Shown one piece after another: positions 7,670 to 16,968 of a DNA stretch of 64,000 bases. The DNA comes from a virus, in IMG/VR virus record IMGVR_UViG_3300036794_000042, positions 9,465 to 73,464 of that record. One strand, written 5' to 3'. Each line of letters starts with the position of its first letter. Positions within the stretch are counted from its first letter, which is position 1. Below the pieces are notes generated by a model. It did not search any database and was not told where the DNA came from. It worked only from the letters and a program-made list of their open reading frames with translations. A program made the translations under genes and the position numbers.

Positions 7670-8473
7670 ATGGCATTCGAGATCTACGCAGGCGGCAGGA
7701 AAGACCCGCATCCCAATGAGACGCACCCGCGCGTCTACATTGACGATTTCTTCACGCCCAATTCTGAGATAGCGGTCCTGGACACGATCGACTACCTGAC
7801 CGGCGTCCAGTACACGATGGACTTGAACAACAGCCTGGGCGACTGCGGCATTGCGGGCATGGACCATTACCAGATGGCCATCAATTACTTCGAGAACGGG
7901 AATGCGCAGAGCTGGGGCGATTCCACCTGCATGAGCCTCTACGAAACGCTCGGCGGCTATGTGCAGGGCGACCCGTCCACCGACAACGGCACCGTGCTCC
8001 AGGACAACCTGGGCTGGTGGCGGAAGAATGACATCGGCGGTGACAGGATTCTGGCGTTCGGCCAGCTCCGCAATACCGACCGCGCCACCCGGCTCCAGGC
8101 ACTCCAGCTCTTCGGCCCCGGCTATATCGGCGGCCAGCTTCAGAACGCCCAGGAGCAGCAATTCCCCGGCCCGTGGGAGTGGGTGCCGGGCGGCTCCATA
8201 GCGGGCGGCCACTGCGTCACCTACGGGCGCGAGGTGCGCGGGCTCGACCAGGGCGGCCTGTCAAGCTGGGCCGCTGCGGTCCACTGCAATATGGCCTGGG
8301 TGCGGAACTTCCTGGCCCCGGCCGCTGGCGGCGAGTGGTGGTGCATCATCGACGGCAACTGGGTGAAGCGCAACGGCACCAATCCCCGGGGCTTCCGGCT
8401 GGCCGACCTGAACAGCGCGATCACCGGCCTGACACGCCAGGTCAACCCTCTGGGCTTGACTTCCCAGTTCTAG
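7670..8473 (+). CDS. Papain-like cysteine peptidase
   Basis: N..LGDC (Cys nucleophile), GGHCV (His) and downstream LSSW, the layout of papain-fold (C1-like) peptidases. Confidence 0.65.
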   Translation: MAFEIYAGGRKDPHPNETHPRVYIDDFFTPNSEIAVLDTIDYLTGVQYTMDLNNSLGDCGIAGMDHYQMAINYFENGNAQSWGDSTCMSLYETLGGYVQGDPSTDNGTVLQDNLGWWRKNDIGGDRILAFGQLRNTDRATRLQALQLFGPGYIGGQLQNAQEQQFPGPWEWVPGGSIAGGHCVTYGREVRGLDQGGLSSWAAAVHCNMAWVRNFLAPAAGGEWWCIIDGNWVKRNGTNPRGFRLADLNSAITGLTRQVNPLGLTSQF

Positions 8474-8532
8474 GGCACTACCGGGTCTAGCATCTGAGTC
8501 CTGAGACCAGAGCCGCCCAGTGAAGGAGCACC

Positions 8533-8955
8533 ATGTCCGAGCAGCCAGAGGGCCAGCCAGTAGAGCAGGGCCAGCCGGTCACCATCAACCCCGCTGGTGA
8601 GCGTGATGACGTCGCTCCTGGCGACTACTCGCCCACCGACCCGGAGGCGCAGCCGGTCGCGGGAGGCAACCCCGGGCTGAGCGACCAGCCGGGCTACCAG
8701 CAGGAGCCGCGCGGCTTCGGTGACGCCGTGGCCGGGGGCGACCAGGCCGTGTCCCCGATGGGTGCCAGCGCCTCCAACGAGTCGCCCAGCCTGCCGCCGA
8801 CCGCTGCCGCTGGCGCGGCACGGGCGCACGCGCTGCTCGGGCATTTCGTGGACGCCGCGCAGAAGATCCAGGCCGACCTGGCCCGCTACGTCCCGCAGTC
8901 CGCGCTGGACGCGGCCAAGGTCGAAGTGCAGGCCATGCTCCGAGAGATCATCTGA
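8533..8955 (+). CDS. Acidic, Pro/Gln-rich hypothetical protein
   Basis: GAAGGAG RBS; disordered N-terminus, helical C-terminus. Confidence 0.6.
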   Translation: MSEQPEGQPVEQGQPVTINPAGERDDVAPGDYSPTDPEAQPVAGGNPGLSDQPGYQQEPRGFGDAVAGGDQAVSPMGASASNESPSLPPTAAAGAARAHALLGHFVDAAQKIQADLARYVPQSALDAAKVEVQAMLREII

Positions 8956-8958
8956 GTC

Positions 8959-9684
8959 ATGGCAGGAGGGCGGACCTGGGAAGGTGACGTGCCGTGCCTG
9001 GGCGTCACCAACTCAGGCCGTCCCTGCGGTGAGAAGGAGATCGCGGGGCTCGAATACTGCCTGCACCACATCCCCGATGACCTGCTCGATGAGGCGGAAG
9101 AGATCACCGGCATCAGGCGGTGCAGGCACCGCTTCATGGAGGCCGACGCCTGCCGGTACTACGCCACCCAGGGCACCGAGCCGCCGATGTGCAAGAACCA
9201 CGGCGCGAACACCGGCAGCTACCAGTCCAAGATCGCGGCTGGCAGGGTGGTCGAGGGCCGCGCGGTGGACCGGCTGGCCGAGATCATGGCCGAGAACGGC
9301 GACCGGCTGCTGACCGCGCCGCCCGTGGATGACCCGCTGGGCGAGCTGCTGAACCTGGCCGGGGAGATCCGCGAGATGAAGGAGATCCTGCGCCGCGTCG
9401 TGGCCTACCTGTTCAGCCAGGACCGGGTGAGGTACGCGCACAACAAGATCGGTGAGCAGCTCCGGTCGGAGATCCTGCTTTACGAGCGGGCACTGGAACG
9501 TTATGCCACCATCCTGCTCAACATCGCCAAGCTGAACATCGCGGACCGGCTGGCCACCGTGGAAGAGAAGCAGATCCTGGCCATCGAGACCGCGCTGGAC
9601 AAGGCACTGAACGAGACCGGGCTGGACCTGGTGGGCCAGGACAAGGCCCGGAAGGCACTGCGGCGGCATCTCAAGGCGGCCTAG
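8959..9684 (+). CDS. Probable terminase small subunit
   Basis: Two Cys/His clusters (C.G.T.SG.PC...C.HH; C...A....C.NHG, HGG-type) plus helical C-terminus, two genes upstream of TerL. Confidence 0.6.
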   Translation: MAGGRTWEGDVPCLGVTNSGRPCGEKEIAGLEYCLHHIPDDLLDEAEEITGIRRCRHRFMEADACRYYATQGTEPPMCKNHGANTGSYQSKIAAGRVVEGRAVDRLAEIMAENGDRLLTAPPVDDPLGELLNLAGEIREMKEILRRVVAYLFSQDRVRYAHNKIGEQLRSEILLYERALERYATILLNIAKLNIADRLATVEEKQILAIETALDKALNETGLDLVGQDKARKALRRHLKAA

Positions 9685-9888
9685 ATGGCCGGCCGCCGCT
9701 CGGCGCACCGTGCGGTGGTCACCCACCTGGTCCTGGCGGTCACCTGGGCGCTGCTGATGGTGCCTACGCTGATCTGGTGGAAGACGTCGATCCTCTGGGT
9801 GGCCCTGATGAGCGGATACGCCAACATCGCCAGCCACTGGGGCGCGTACCAGGCATCACGATCGGAGCGGCGGATGGCTGATGACTAG
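9685..9888 (+). CDS. Small membrane protein
   Basis: Two hydrophobic segments in 67 aa. Confidence 0.6.
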   Translation: MAGRRSAHRAVVTHLVLAVTWALLMVPTLIWWKTSILWVALMSGYANIASHWGAYQASRSERRMADD

Positions 9889-11521
9889 CACGCTGCTCAA
9901 CCGGGTCGCGGACCGGATGGGCCAGCGCCAGGCCGACCCACGGCTGCGCTGGCGCGAGACCGCCCGGCCGGACCAGCTCCTTCCTGAAGGCGACTGGCGC
10001 GTCTGGTATGTCCAGGGCGGCCGTGGCGGCGGGAAGACCCGCAGCGGTGCCCAGGGGCTCGCGGACTGGCTGCTGAGCGACCCTGACGATGAGGGCGAGT
10101 ACGGCATCGTTGCCCCGACCTATGCTGACGCCTGGACCAAGTGCGTGGAGGGTGAGAGCGGGCTGCTGCGGGCGCTGGGCACGTCGATGAAGGAAGTGAA
10201 GGCGCACACCAGCCGGACGGTGAAGAACGCCTGGCGGACCTACGGCCAGGTGATCCTGCACAGCGGCCTGGTGGTCTACATCGACAGTGCGGCCGAGGGC
10301 GGGCTGCGCATCCAGGGCCGCAACCTCAAGGGCATCTGGTGCGACGAGATCGGGCTCTGGCTGAACTGGGAGACAGCCTGGAACGAGTCGATCAGGTACG
10401 CGGTCCGCATGGGCATCTCCAGGATCATCGCCACGGCCACGCCCAAGGCCAGTCGCCCGGCCCGCAAGCTGATCAGGTCCCTGATCAAGAACGACAAGCA
10501 GCATGGCGGCGTGGTGATCACCAAGCTGCGCACCATCGACAACGCGGCCAACCTGTCCGATGCGTTCCTGGCGGCCGTGGTCGGCGCGGCCGAGGGCACC
10601 AGGCTGGAGCGCCAGGAGCTGGAGGGCGAGCTGCTGGACGATGTGGCCAACGCGCTCTGGACCCGCGACCTGCTGGAGGGCATCCAGGTGCCCGACGTGG
10701 GCGAGGAAGGCGGCCCGCCGTACCTGCGCAACTGCGTCATCGGGGTGGACCCCTCGGACGGCAACGAGACCAGCGATGAGCAGGCATACACCGTGATCGG
10801 TGAGGGCCTGGTGGATGACGGGAAGATCTACGTCGCGGAGAGCTGGGGCGGGCAGATGGCCCCGGCCCAGTTCGCCCGGCTGGTGATCAAGCGGGCGCTG
10901 GCCTGGAATGCGGCCATCGTGGTGGAGAAGAACCACGGCGGTGAGTGGCTGAAGGCCACGTTCGTGCAGGTCATGAAGGACATGCAGGAGGAAGGGCTGT
11001 TTAAGGAGGGCCGCCCGCCGCTGCGCATGATCCACGCCAGCCAGGCCAAGCGGACCCGCGCCGAGCCCGTCTCCGCGCTGTATGAGCGGGACATCGTGCG
11101 GCACTGCCAGCGGATGACGCGGCGGCCGTGCGATTGCAAGGACAAGATCCACAAGGCCGGTCACCTGGTGCCCGACACCAACCTGCCCGAGCTGGAAGAC
11201 CAGATGGCCACGTTCACGGGTGCGGCTGGCGAGCGGAGCCCGGACCGGCTCGACTCGCTAGTGTGGGCGGCCACGCCGTGGCTGAAGAAGACGTTCGGCA
11301 AGCCGCCCAAGGGCGGCGTGCGGCAATGGGCAGCCAAGGCCGAGCTGGAGGCGGTCGGCGGACGGCCGCCATCCAGGGCGGGGCGGCGGCTGGCCCAGGC
11401 GCACAACGGTGTCTATTCTGACGCTGACAAGGCTTGGGATCTTGATGACTTTGCCCCGCGTGGCCAGGAAGATGAGGCTGTCCCGGCTGGCAAGCACGGC
11501 AACATCCGGTCCTGGAGATAA
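9881..11521 (+). CDS. terL: Terminase large subunit
   Basis: Walker A GGRGGGKT, Walker B WCDE, nuclease IGVDPS, C-terminal SPDRLDSLVWA. Confidence 0.95.
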   Translation: MTSTLLNRVADRMGQRQADPRLRWRETARPDQLLPEGDWRVWYVQGGRGGGKTRSGAQGLADWLLSDPDDEGEYGIVAPTYADAWTKCVEGESGLLRALGTSMKEVKAHTSRTVKNAWRTYGQVILHSGLVVYIDSAAEGGLRIQGRNLKGIWCDEIGLWLNWETAWNESIRYAVRMGISRIIATATPKASRPARKLIRSLIKNDKQHGGVVITKLRTIDNAANLSDAFLAAVVGAAEGTRLERQELEGELLDDVANALWTRDLLEGIQVPDVGEEGGPPYLRNCVIGVDPSDGNETSDEQAYTVIGEGLVDDGKIYVAESWGGQMAPAQFARLVIKRALAWNAAIVVEKNHGGEWLKATFVQVMKDMQEEGLFKEGRPPLRMIHASQAKRTRAEPVSALYERDIVRHCQRMTRRPCDCKDKIHKAGHLVPDTNLPELEDQMATFTGAAGERSPDRLDSLVWAATPWLKKTFGKPPKGGVRQWAAKAELEAVGGRPPSRAGRRLAQAHNGVYSDADKAWDLDDFAPRGQEDEAVPAGKHGNIRSWR

Positions 11522-11585
11522 CAATTTAGTTACGTACATTGGCGGAAACCAGCGACATATAAGGTCACCCAGTACACATCCGGCA

Positions 11586-11615
11586 CCGTCTGATGCCGCC
11601 TGATGCCGTCTGATA
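11586..11615. repeat. Three tandem 10-bp repeats CCG(T/C)CTGAT(G/A)
   Basis: ccgtctgatg ccgcctgatg ccgtctgata read directly from the sequence. Confidence 0.6.
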
Positions 11616-11660
11616 CGTGTTACCACGGTCCGGTCCGGCCTGCTCCAGCCACCCTCTGAC

Positions 11661-11689
11661 TTGCGAAAACATAGAGATAGCCCTACATT
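11661..11689 (+). promoter_or_regulatory. SigA-type promoter for the Lsr2-domain gene
   Basis: TTGCGA-17 bp-TACATT in an AT-richer intergenic stretch. Confidence 0.7.
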
Positions 11690-11746
11690 CTGGTGTTGTT
11701 GAGGTACCAGAACAAGAAGGGCTATCAGCATGAAGTCTGCCACAAA

Positions 11747-12325
11747 ATGAGCGCATCGACCAAGAAGGTGGAAGTCCGTGCCAGGCGTATCAACCGCATT
11801 ATGGTGACCTTGGCGATTATCAGCCGGAGTCATCGGGGTGACAGCCAGGCTTGCATGATCAGGAATGCGGTTGCTGAGGCTATCCCTGGAGCCACCAGGA
11901 TCATGGTGGATCTCCAGCACGTCCGGTTCACGCTCAACGGGTACAGGTACAGGTACCCTCTTCCCCCCGTGGCGGCCTATCGGCTGGCCAGCTTCGAGTC
12001 AGGCGATGTAGTCGAGCCGTTTTCATTCAGCCTGCGAGACGGGACGGTCTACCTGTCCAAGGGCAACGACCACAAGCCGGGAGGGCCTGCGGCCATCAGG
12101 GCCTGGGCAAAGGAACAGGGCCTTACCGTCCCCTCAAACAAGCACATCACCCCGGAAGTGAAGGCGGCATACGCTGCTGCTCATCCCGGTGTCAGGATCG
12201 CCAGCAGCAGTCATAGCGGGCAGCCGGGGGCCATGACCAGGAAGGCCCGCAGCCAGATCCAGGCTGACAGGTTCTACGGCCTGAAGCTGGCCACTGGATT
12301 CCAGCCAGGTGGAGTGCCTGGCTGA
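11747..12325 (+). CDS. Protein with an Lsr2-like C-terminal DNA-binding domain fused to an unknown N-terminal domain
   Basis: AAIRAWAKEQGLTVPSNKHITPEVKAAYAAAH aligns with the Lsr2 DBD (AAIREWARRNG..VS.RGRIP..V..AY.AA). Confidence 0.7.
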   Translation: MSASTKKVEVRARRINRIMVTLAIISRSHRGDSQACMIRNAVAEAIPGATRIMVDLQHVRFTLNGYRYRYPLPPVAAYRLASFESGDVVEPFSFSLRDGTVYLSKGNDHKPGGPAAIRAWAKEQGLTVPSNKHITPEVKAAYAAAHPGVRIASSSHSGQPGAMTRKARSQIQADRFYGLKLATGFQPGGVPG

Positions 12326-12345
12326 AGGCGGGCGAGGGTACACCA

Positions 12346-12380
12346 GCAGGGCGCGTCTCGCTATGAGGCGCGCTCTTGCT
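12346..12380 (+). terminator. Imperfect hairpin closing the Lsr2-domain insert
   Basis: AGCA-GGGCGCGTCTC-GCTAT-GAGGCGCGCTC-TTGCT. Confidence 0.4.
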
Positions 12381-12396
12381 GCTCTATCCTGCGGTC

Positions 12397-13980
12397 ATGG
12401 CTGCCCGCGACCCGCAAACTGCCCAGGTTCTGGCGTTCCCCGACCTGAAGCCTGCCACCAGGCGCGAGATCCTGGGCAAGGAGCTGGGCACCCAGTTCGA
12501 CATGTCCAACCGGCTCTTCGCCTACTTTGGCGATGGGGATGTCTTCGATTACGGCGAGTGGACCAGCCGTGACATGAAGGGGATGTTCCGCCGCGACGGC
12601 ATCTGCCAGGCCATCGAGTCCGTGCTGACCCTGCCGATCCGTGAGGCTGACTACACCATCGAGCCGGCCAAGGGCGACCAGGGCGAAGCGGAGCTGGCCC
12701 ACTCGGTGATCATGACGCCGGACGCCTTCGGCGGGATGCAGACCCCGGTCAGTGAGCTGGTCGGCCAGATCACCTCAGCCCAGGTCTACCGCCGCGCCTT
12801 CTTCGAGAAGGTCTGGAAGATCCGCGAGGATGACGGCGCGGTGATCTACGACAAGCTGGCGTTCAGGCCGCCCGCGACCTGCCAGGCGAAGTACACCGAC
12901 CGGGGCGGCGTGCCGAACGGCTTCCGCCAGCAGGTCTGGCTGTTCGGCGGGAATCTCAAGACGCTGAGCACGCAGAAGGTGCCCGGCTACGTGGACATCC
13001 CCAAGGTCCGCAGCTACATCTACACCCACGGCAAGCACAGGGAGCCGCTGACGGGTGTCTCAGAAATGGACGTTGCCTACTGGTGCTACCAGACCAAGAT
13101 GAAGATCCTTTATCTCTGGTACCACTTCCTGGAGAACCAGGCCCTGCCCAGGGTGATTGTCTACGGCAACGACCAGCCAGAGGCGAACACCCGCGCCGAT
13201 GACATCGCGGCGCTGAAGAGCAGCGGCGTGGTCGGCATCACTCATCCCGAGGCGGGCCAGAAGGCATTCGACGTCATCGAGAACAGCGGGGACGCGGGCA
13301 AGTTCTTCCTGGACGCGCTCGGCTTCCTGGAGGGCTGGCAGACCCACTCGGTGCTGGCCGGATTTATGGCGCTGACCGGCTCCGCAACCGGGGGCAAGGG
13401 CAGCTACGCCCTGAGCCAGGACCAGAGCAGCTTCTATCTCAAGAGCCGCCAGGGCGTCGCCAAGGAGATCGCCAGCTCGATCACCCAGGATGTGCTCACC
13501 CCGCTAGTCGCGGTCAACTTCGGCCCGAGGGCGGCGTTCCCGCGCTGGAAGTTCGGCCCGCTCCAGGATGAGCAGATTCAGGCGCTGCTGACGCTGTTCG
13601 GCCAGATGAGCGCCGCGCCCGTGCTGCACGTCCCGCTGCCTGTGTTCGACCTGATCACCGAGCGGATGGCCACCATCCTCCAGCTCGATGTGGACCAGGT
13701 GCATGAGGCGCTGGTCAGCACCGCCCAGCAACGTGCCGAGCAGCTACAGGCCAGCGCGCCACCGGGGATGCCGCCCAACGCGGCTAACTCGATCGGGGCG
13801 CTGAACGGGATGGCCGGGGCTGCGGCTGGCATGATGCAGCGCGCCCAGGCCGGCCAGAACCCGCTGCCGAACGCGCCCAGCAAGACCACCTCGCTGCCAG
13901 CAGTCACGCCCAATGGCGGCGGCCCGCCAAGGCCGCCAGCCAAGCCGCCGATGGTGCCGCCACCCGGGCAGATGGCGTGA
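12397..13980 (+). CDS. Portal protein (DUF935 / Mu gp29-like)
   Basis: First structural gene after TerL; 527 aa; D..C..IE..L..PI...DY.IEP, FFEKVW and GS.AL..DQ patterns of DUF935 portals; Pro-rich tail. Confidence 0.85.
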   Translation: MAARDPQTAQVLAFPDLKPATRREILGKELGTQFDMSNRLFAYFGDGDVFDYGEWTSRDMKGMFRRDGICQAIESVLTLPIREADYTIEPAKGDQGEAELAHSVIMTPDAFGGMQTPVSELVGQITSAQVYRRAFFEKVWKIREDDGAVIYDKLAFRPPATCQAKYTDRGGVPNGFRQQVWLFGGNLKTLSTQKVPGYVDIPKVRSYIYTHGKHREPLTGVSEMDVAYWCYQTKMKILYLWYHFLENQALPRVIVYGNDQPEANTRADDIAALKSSGVVGITHPEAGQKAFDVIENSGDAGKFFLDALGFLEGWQTHSVLAGFMALTGSATGGKGSYALSQDQSSFYLKSRQGVAKEIASSITQDVLTPLVAVNFGPRAAFPRWKFGPLQDEQIQALLTLFGQMSAAPVLHVPLPVFDLITERMATILQLDVDQVHEALVSTAQQRAEQLQASAPPGMPPNAANSIGALNGMAGAAAGMMQRAQAGQNPLPNAPSKTTSLPAVTPNGGGPPRPPAKPPMVPPPGQMA

Positions 13981-14624
13981 CCGCCCAGGCACCGCCGCAG
14001 CAGACCCCGGCCCAGCAGGACACGGAGATGGCCGTGGTCGCGGCTGGCGTGCTGGCTAACGCGGTCACGGTCGCTGATGCCACGGCTGGCCTGATCCTGA
14101 TATTCAAGCGATATTCGATCCGGCCCGCCGCGCTGCGGATCGCCGTGGCCGTGGTGATGGGGATGCCGCCCGACCGGCAGGGCGCGATGGGCAGCGCCAC
14201 CATGACGGTCTCGAACCTGAACGTCGTGCGCCGTGCCCAGTTCCTGGTGGCCGCAGCCCGGCGCGTCAACTCAGACATCCAGCAGGCCATCTCGACCCGG
14301 GGCAGCGTGCGCGAGGCCATCGCCACGGCGCTGGTCCGCGAGCGCCGGTACTACGGCCAGCACCTCCAGGCCGGGTGGAACCGGATGGACGCGGCGGCCC
14401 GGACAGACTCGGCGGCGATGCTGTACGGCACGCTGCTGAGCTGGAACGCGGTGATGGACCGCAGCACCAGCGCCGAATGCCGGGCAGCGGACGGCTCGAA
14501 CTACCGGGCCGACGTCATGCCCTGGCTGGGCTACCCGGGCATGGTCCACCCGCACTGCCGCTGCTACCCGGGACCGCCGATCGACGGGGCCAAGACCATC
14601 CCGGCGTGGCGGCCTGGTGGGTGA
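13977..14624 (+). CDS. MuF-like minor head protein (short form, no toxin extension)
   Basis: WNAVMD..T..EC...DG and PG..HPHCRC MuF signatures, directly after the portal. Confidence 0.85.
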   Translation: MTAQAPPQQTPAQQDTEMAVVAAGVLANAVTVADATAGLILIFKRYSIRPAALRIAVAVVMGMPPDRQGAMGSATMTVSNLNVVRRAQFLVAAARRVNSDIQQAISTRGSVREAIATALVRERRYYGQHLQAGWNRMDAAARTDSAAMLYGTLLSWNAVMDRSTSAECRAADGSNYRADVMPWLGYPGMVHPHCRCYPGPPIDGAKTIPAWRPGG

Positions 14625-14697
14625 TCCGTGCAAAACACAGTGACCAGTGCGAAGATAACCGCGTGATGGGCTACCCCGGCCCAGGCAGGAGCAGCCA

Positions 14698-15015
14698 ATG
14701 GAGTCCGACTACTGGGATAACCGGCGCATCCTGATCCAGATCCTCAAGAACACGGAGAAGATCATGAGCCAGCAGGACGACCTCAACCAGGACGAGCAGC
14801 TTCTGGCGCAGGCTCTGTCCGACGTCGCGGGCCAGACCACGGCCCTCGGCCAGACCCAGACCCAGATCGCCCAGGAGATCGCCAGTCTCCAGCAGGCCAA
14901 CCCCTCGCTGGACCTGACCGCGCTGGACGGCCTGGCACAGTCGGCGGCTGGCACCACGGCCGCGCTCGACACGGCGGTTCAGAACCTGGCGGGCCTGGCC
15001 CCGGCAGCCAGCTAG
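14698..15015 (+). CDS. Coiled-coil hypothetical protein
   Basis: AGGAG RBS; Q/L/A heptads. Confidence 0.6.
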   Translation: MESDYWDNRRILIQILKNTEKIMSQQDDLNQDEQLLAQALSDVAGQTTALGQTQTQIAQEIASLQQANPSLDLTALDGLAQSAAGTTAALDTAVQNLAGLAPAAS

Positions 15016-15020
15016 AACGT

Positions 15021-15057
15021 CCCGGCCGCCAGCGATCCGCACCCGCTGGCGGCCGGG
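15021..15057. terminator. 14-bp GC-rich hairpin (terminator or RNA processing site)
   Basis: CCCGGCCGCCAGCG / CGCTGGCGGCCGGG. Confidence 0.5.
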
Positions 15058-15078
15058 CACAGGGCCAGGGAGGCCAGC

Positions 15079-16968
15079 ATGATCGCCACCGGCAGCCGGC
15101 GCTCGGACATCGCCGGGAGGCTGCGCACCCAGGCCAACCAGATCGAGAAGGAGCAGCCGCACCTGACCACGCACCTGCACCTGCGGGACGCGGCCAGGGC
15201 GCTCGACCAGAACAACAGCCAGGGCGCGGCCCGCCACATCACCGCCGCGATGCACACCCTGACGCCGCTGTCACTGCTGCGCCACGGCGTGAAGGATGAT
15301 CTCCACCACACAGCGGCCAAGATGGGCATGGACCAGATCAACCGGCACCTGCTGATGGTGAAGGATCTCCAGGAGCTGGAAGACCGTGCCCGGGTAGAGA
15401 AGGAATCCGGTGCGCTGGCCCGCGCCGACCAGAGCGGTGAGTATGCCCCGCCCAAGGCGTTCGTGGTGCCAGGCGCAGCCCCGGCTCCCGGCGCACCACC
15501 AGCATCCGGGCAGGCCCCGGCAGCCAAGGCACCAGGGAAGCCCGCCGTGCCAGCACAGCGCTCAGCGCCGCCCGCTGCGGCCCAGAAGACCCCGCCAGCC
15601 GTAACCGCTCCGGCTGGCGGGCCTAAGACCAAGGCCCAGCTTGCAGCCTGCTACCTGACCGCCATAGAGCTGGCTGACAGGTGGCAGGAAGCCATCGAGC
15701 TGTCTGCGCAGACCGGGGCGCTGTCCTCCATTCACCGGCCCTTCGGAAAGCCGGGCGGCCCTGGCCTCTGGCATGACCAGGGCCTGGAGCTGCCTGCCTA
15801 CATCCAGAACATCGCGCACGCGCTGCTGCGGACCGGCCGGGCCAAGACGCTGAGCCAGGCCATCGCCATCGCCAAGGCGGCCACCAGCCGATGGGAGAAG
15901 GGCAAGAACACCAGCCCCGAGGTGCGCGCTGCGAGCGCCAAGACCAATGCCGAGTGGGAAGCTGACCGGGCCAAGGCCCACGCTCATGCCAGCACCGTCA
16001 TCGCCCAGATAGAGCTGGCGTTCCATCCTGGCGAGCTGCGCAATGCCCACGGCGAGTGGACGCACATCGGGAGCGACACCGGCAAGCTGGCGTTCAGCTA
16101 CCAGGGGCAGCCGGGCAGCTTCGCCCACATCCGCGCGGTGATGGGGGTCGGGGACAAGTACAAGGGCATCGGGGACCTGGCCACGCCCAACACCGGGCCG
16201 GGTGCCGACGTCCTGAGCACGTCGATGCACGCGGCGGCGCGGTTCATGGCGATGCGGCAGATGGACCTGGCGAACCGGGCGCTCGACTCGGCCGACTGGG
16301 CGGCACGGCACGTCAGCCCGCAGGCCCAGTCCGACGTCAGGGCGGTCCGGCGCAGCTTCGCGGCCGTGCCCAAGGGCGTGACCGGCCCCATTCCCAGCAG
16401 GCAGAACTTCTACCAGACCCAGCCAGCGGGCGGGTACTCCACCATCCAGGCAGCCACCGAGATGAGGGCGCTGGAGCTGGCGATAGAGCTGGCAGCCACG
16501 GCACCGTCTGGCGGCCGGTCCGGCGCGGGCCAGAAGGGCGGCGGCGGACGGCCGCAGTCATCCAACTGGCAGAACGAGGCCCGCGTGCCCAAGGGCCAGG
16601 TGGGCGGCGGCCGGTTCGGCTCGGGCGGCCAAGGCCAGGCCGGGAAGAAGATGCACCACGGCGCGCACGGCGGCAATCATCCGAGCCCGCAGCGCCGCGC
16701 CCAGATCATGCAGAAGATCGCCAGCCTGCGGGCCGAGATCCACGCCCTGCTGGCCCAGCTCCCCAAGAAGTCGTCAAGCTCGAAGAGCGGCAAGGCCAGC
16801 AGCTCCAAGGCCGCCAGCTCGAAGTCATCGAGCACCGCCGCCAAGAGCAAGAGCAGCACCCCGGCGAAGAAGGGCACGCCCAGGAAGAAGACCCTGAGCC
16901 CGCAGACGATTCACGCCAGGGTGGCAGCGCTGCGGGGCCAGATCATGGCCCTGCGAGCGCAACTGTGA
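15079..16968 (+). CDS. Modular head-region protein 1 (putative internal head protein)
   Basis: GGAGG RBS; 629 aa; five [I/L]EL[A/S] motifs, FHPGELRNAHGEW and WQNEARVPKG..GGRF motifs; Ser/Lys-rich tail. Confidence 0.7.
   Translation: MIATGSRRSDIAGRLRTQANQIEKEQPHLTTHLHLRDAARALDQNNSQGAARHITAAMHTLTPLSLLRHGVKDDLHHTAAKMGMDQINRHLLMVKDLQELEDRARVEKESGALARADQSGEYAPPKAFVVPGAAPAPGAPPASGQAPAAKAPGKPAVPAQRSAPPAAAQKTPPAVTAPAGGPKTKAQLAACYLTAIELADRWQEAIELSAQTGALSSIHRPFGKPGGPGLWHDQGLELPAYIQNIAHALLRTGRAKTLSQAIAIAKAATSRWEKGKNTSPEVRAASAKTNAEWEADRAKAHAHASTVIAQIELAFHPGELRNAHGEWTHIGSDTGKLAFSYQGQPGSFAHIRAVMGVGDKYKGIGDLATPNTGPGADVLSTSMHAAARFMAMRQMDLANRALDSADWAARHVSPQAQSDVRAVRRSFAAVPKGVTGPIPSRQNFYQTQPAGGYSTIQAATEMRALELAIELAATAPSGGRSGAGQKGGGGRPQSSNWQNEARVPKGQVGGGRFGSGGQGQAGKKMHHGAHGGNHPSPQRRAQIMQKIASLRAEIHALLAQLPKKSSSSKSGKASSSKAASSKSSSTAAKSKSSTPAKKGTPRKKTLSPQTIHARVAALRGQIMALRAQL

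Noticed and set aside
16056-16964. N-terminal 303 aa of the 837-aa ORF in the track
   Set aside because: It overlaps the real 15079..16968 gene in another frame and reads as Arg/Gly/Pro shadow sequence; the true start is GTG 16965.
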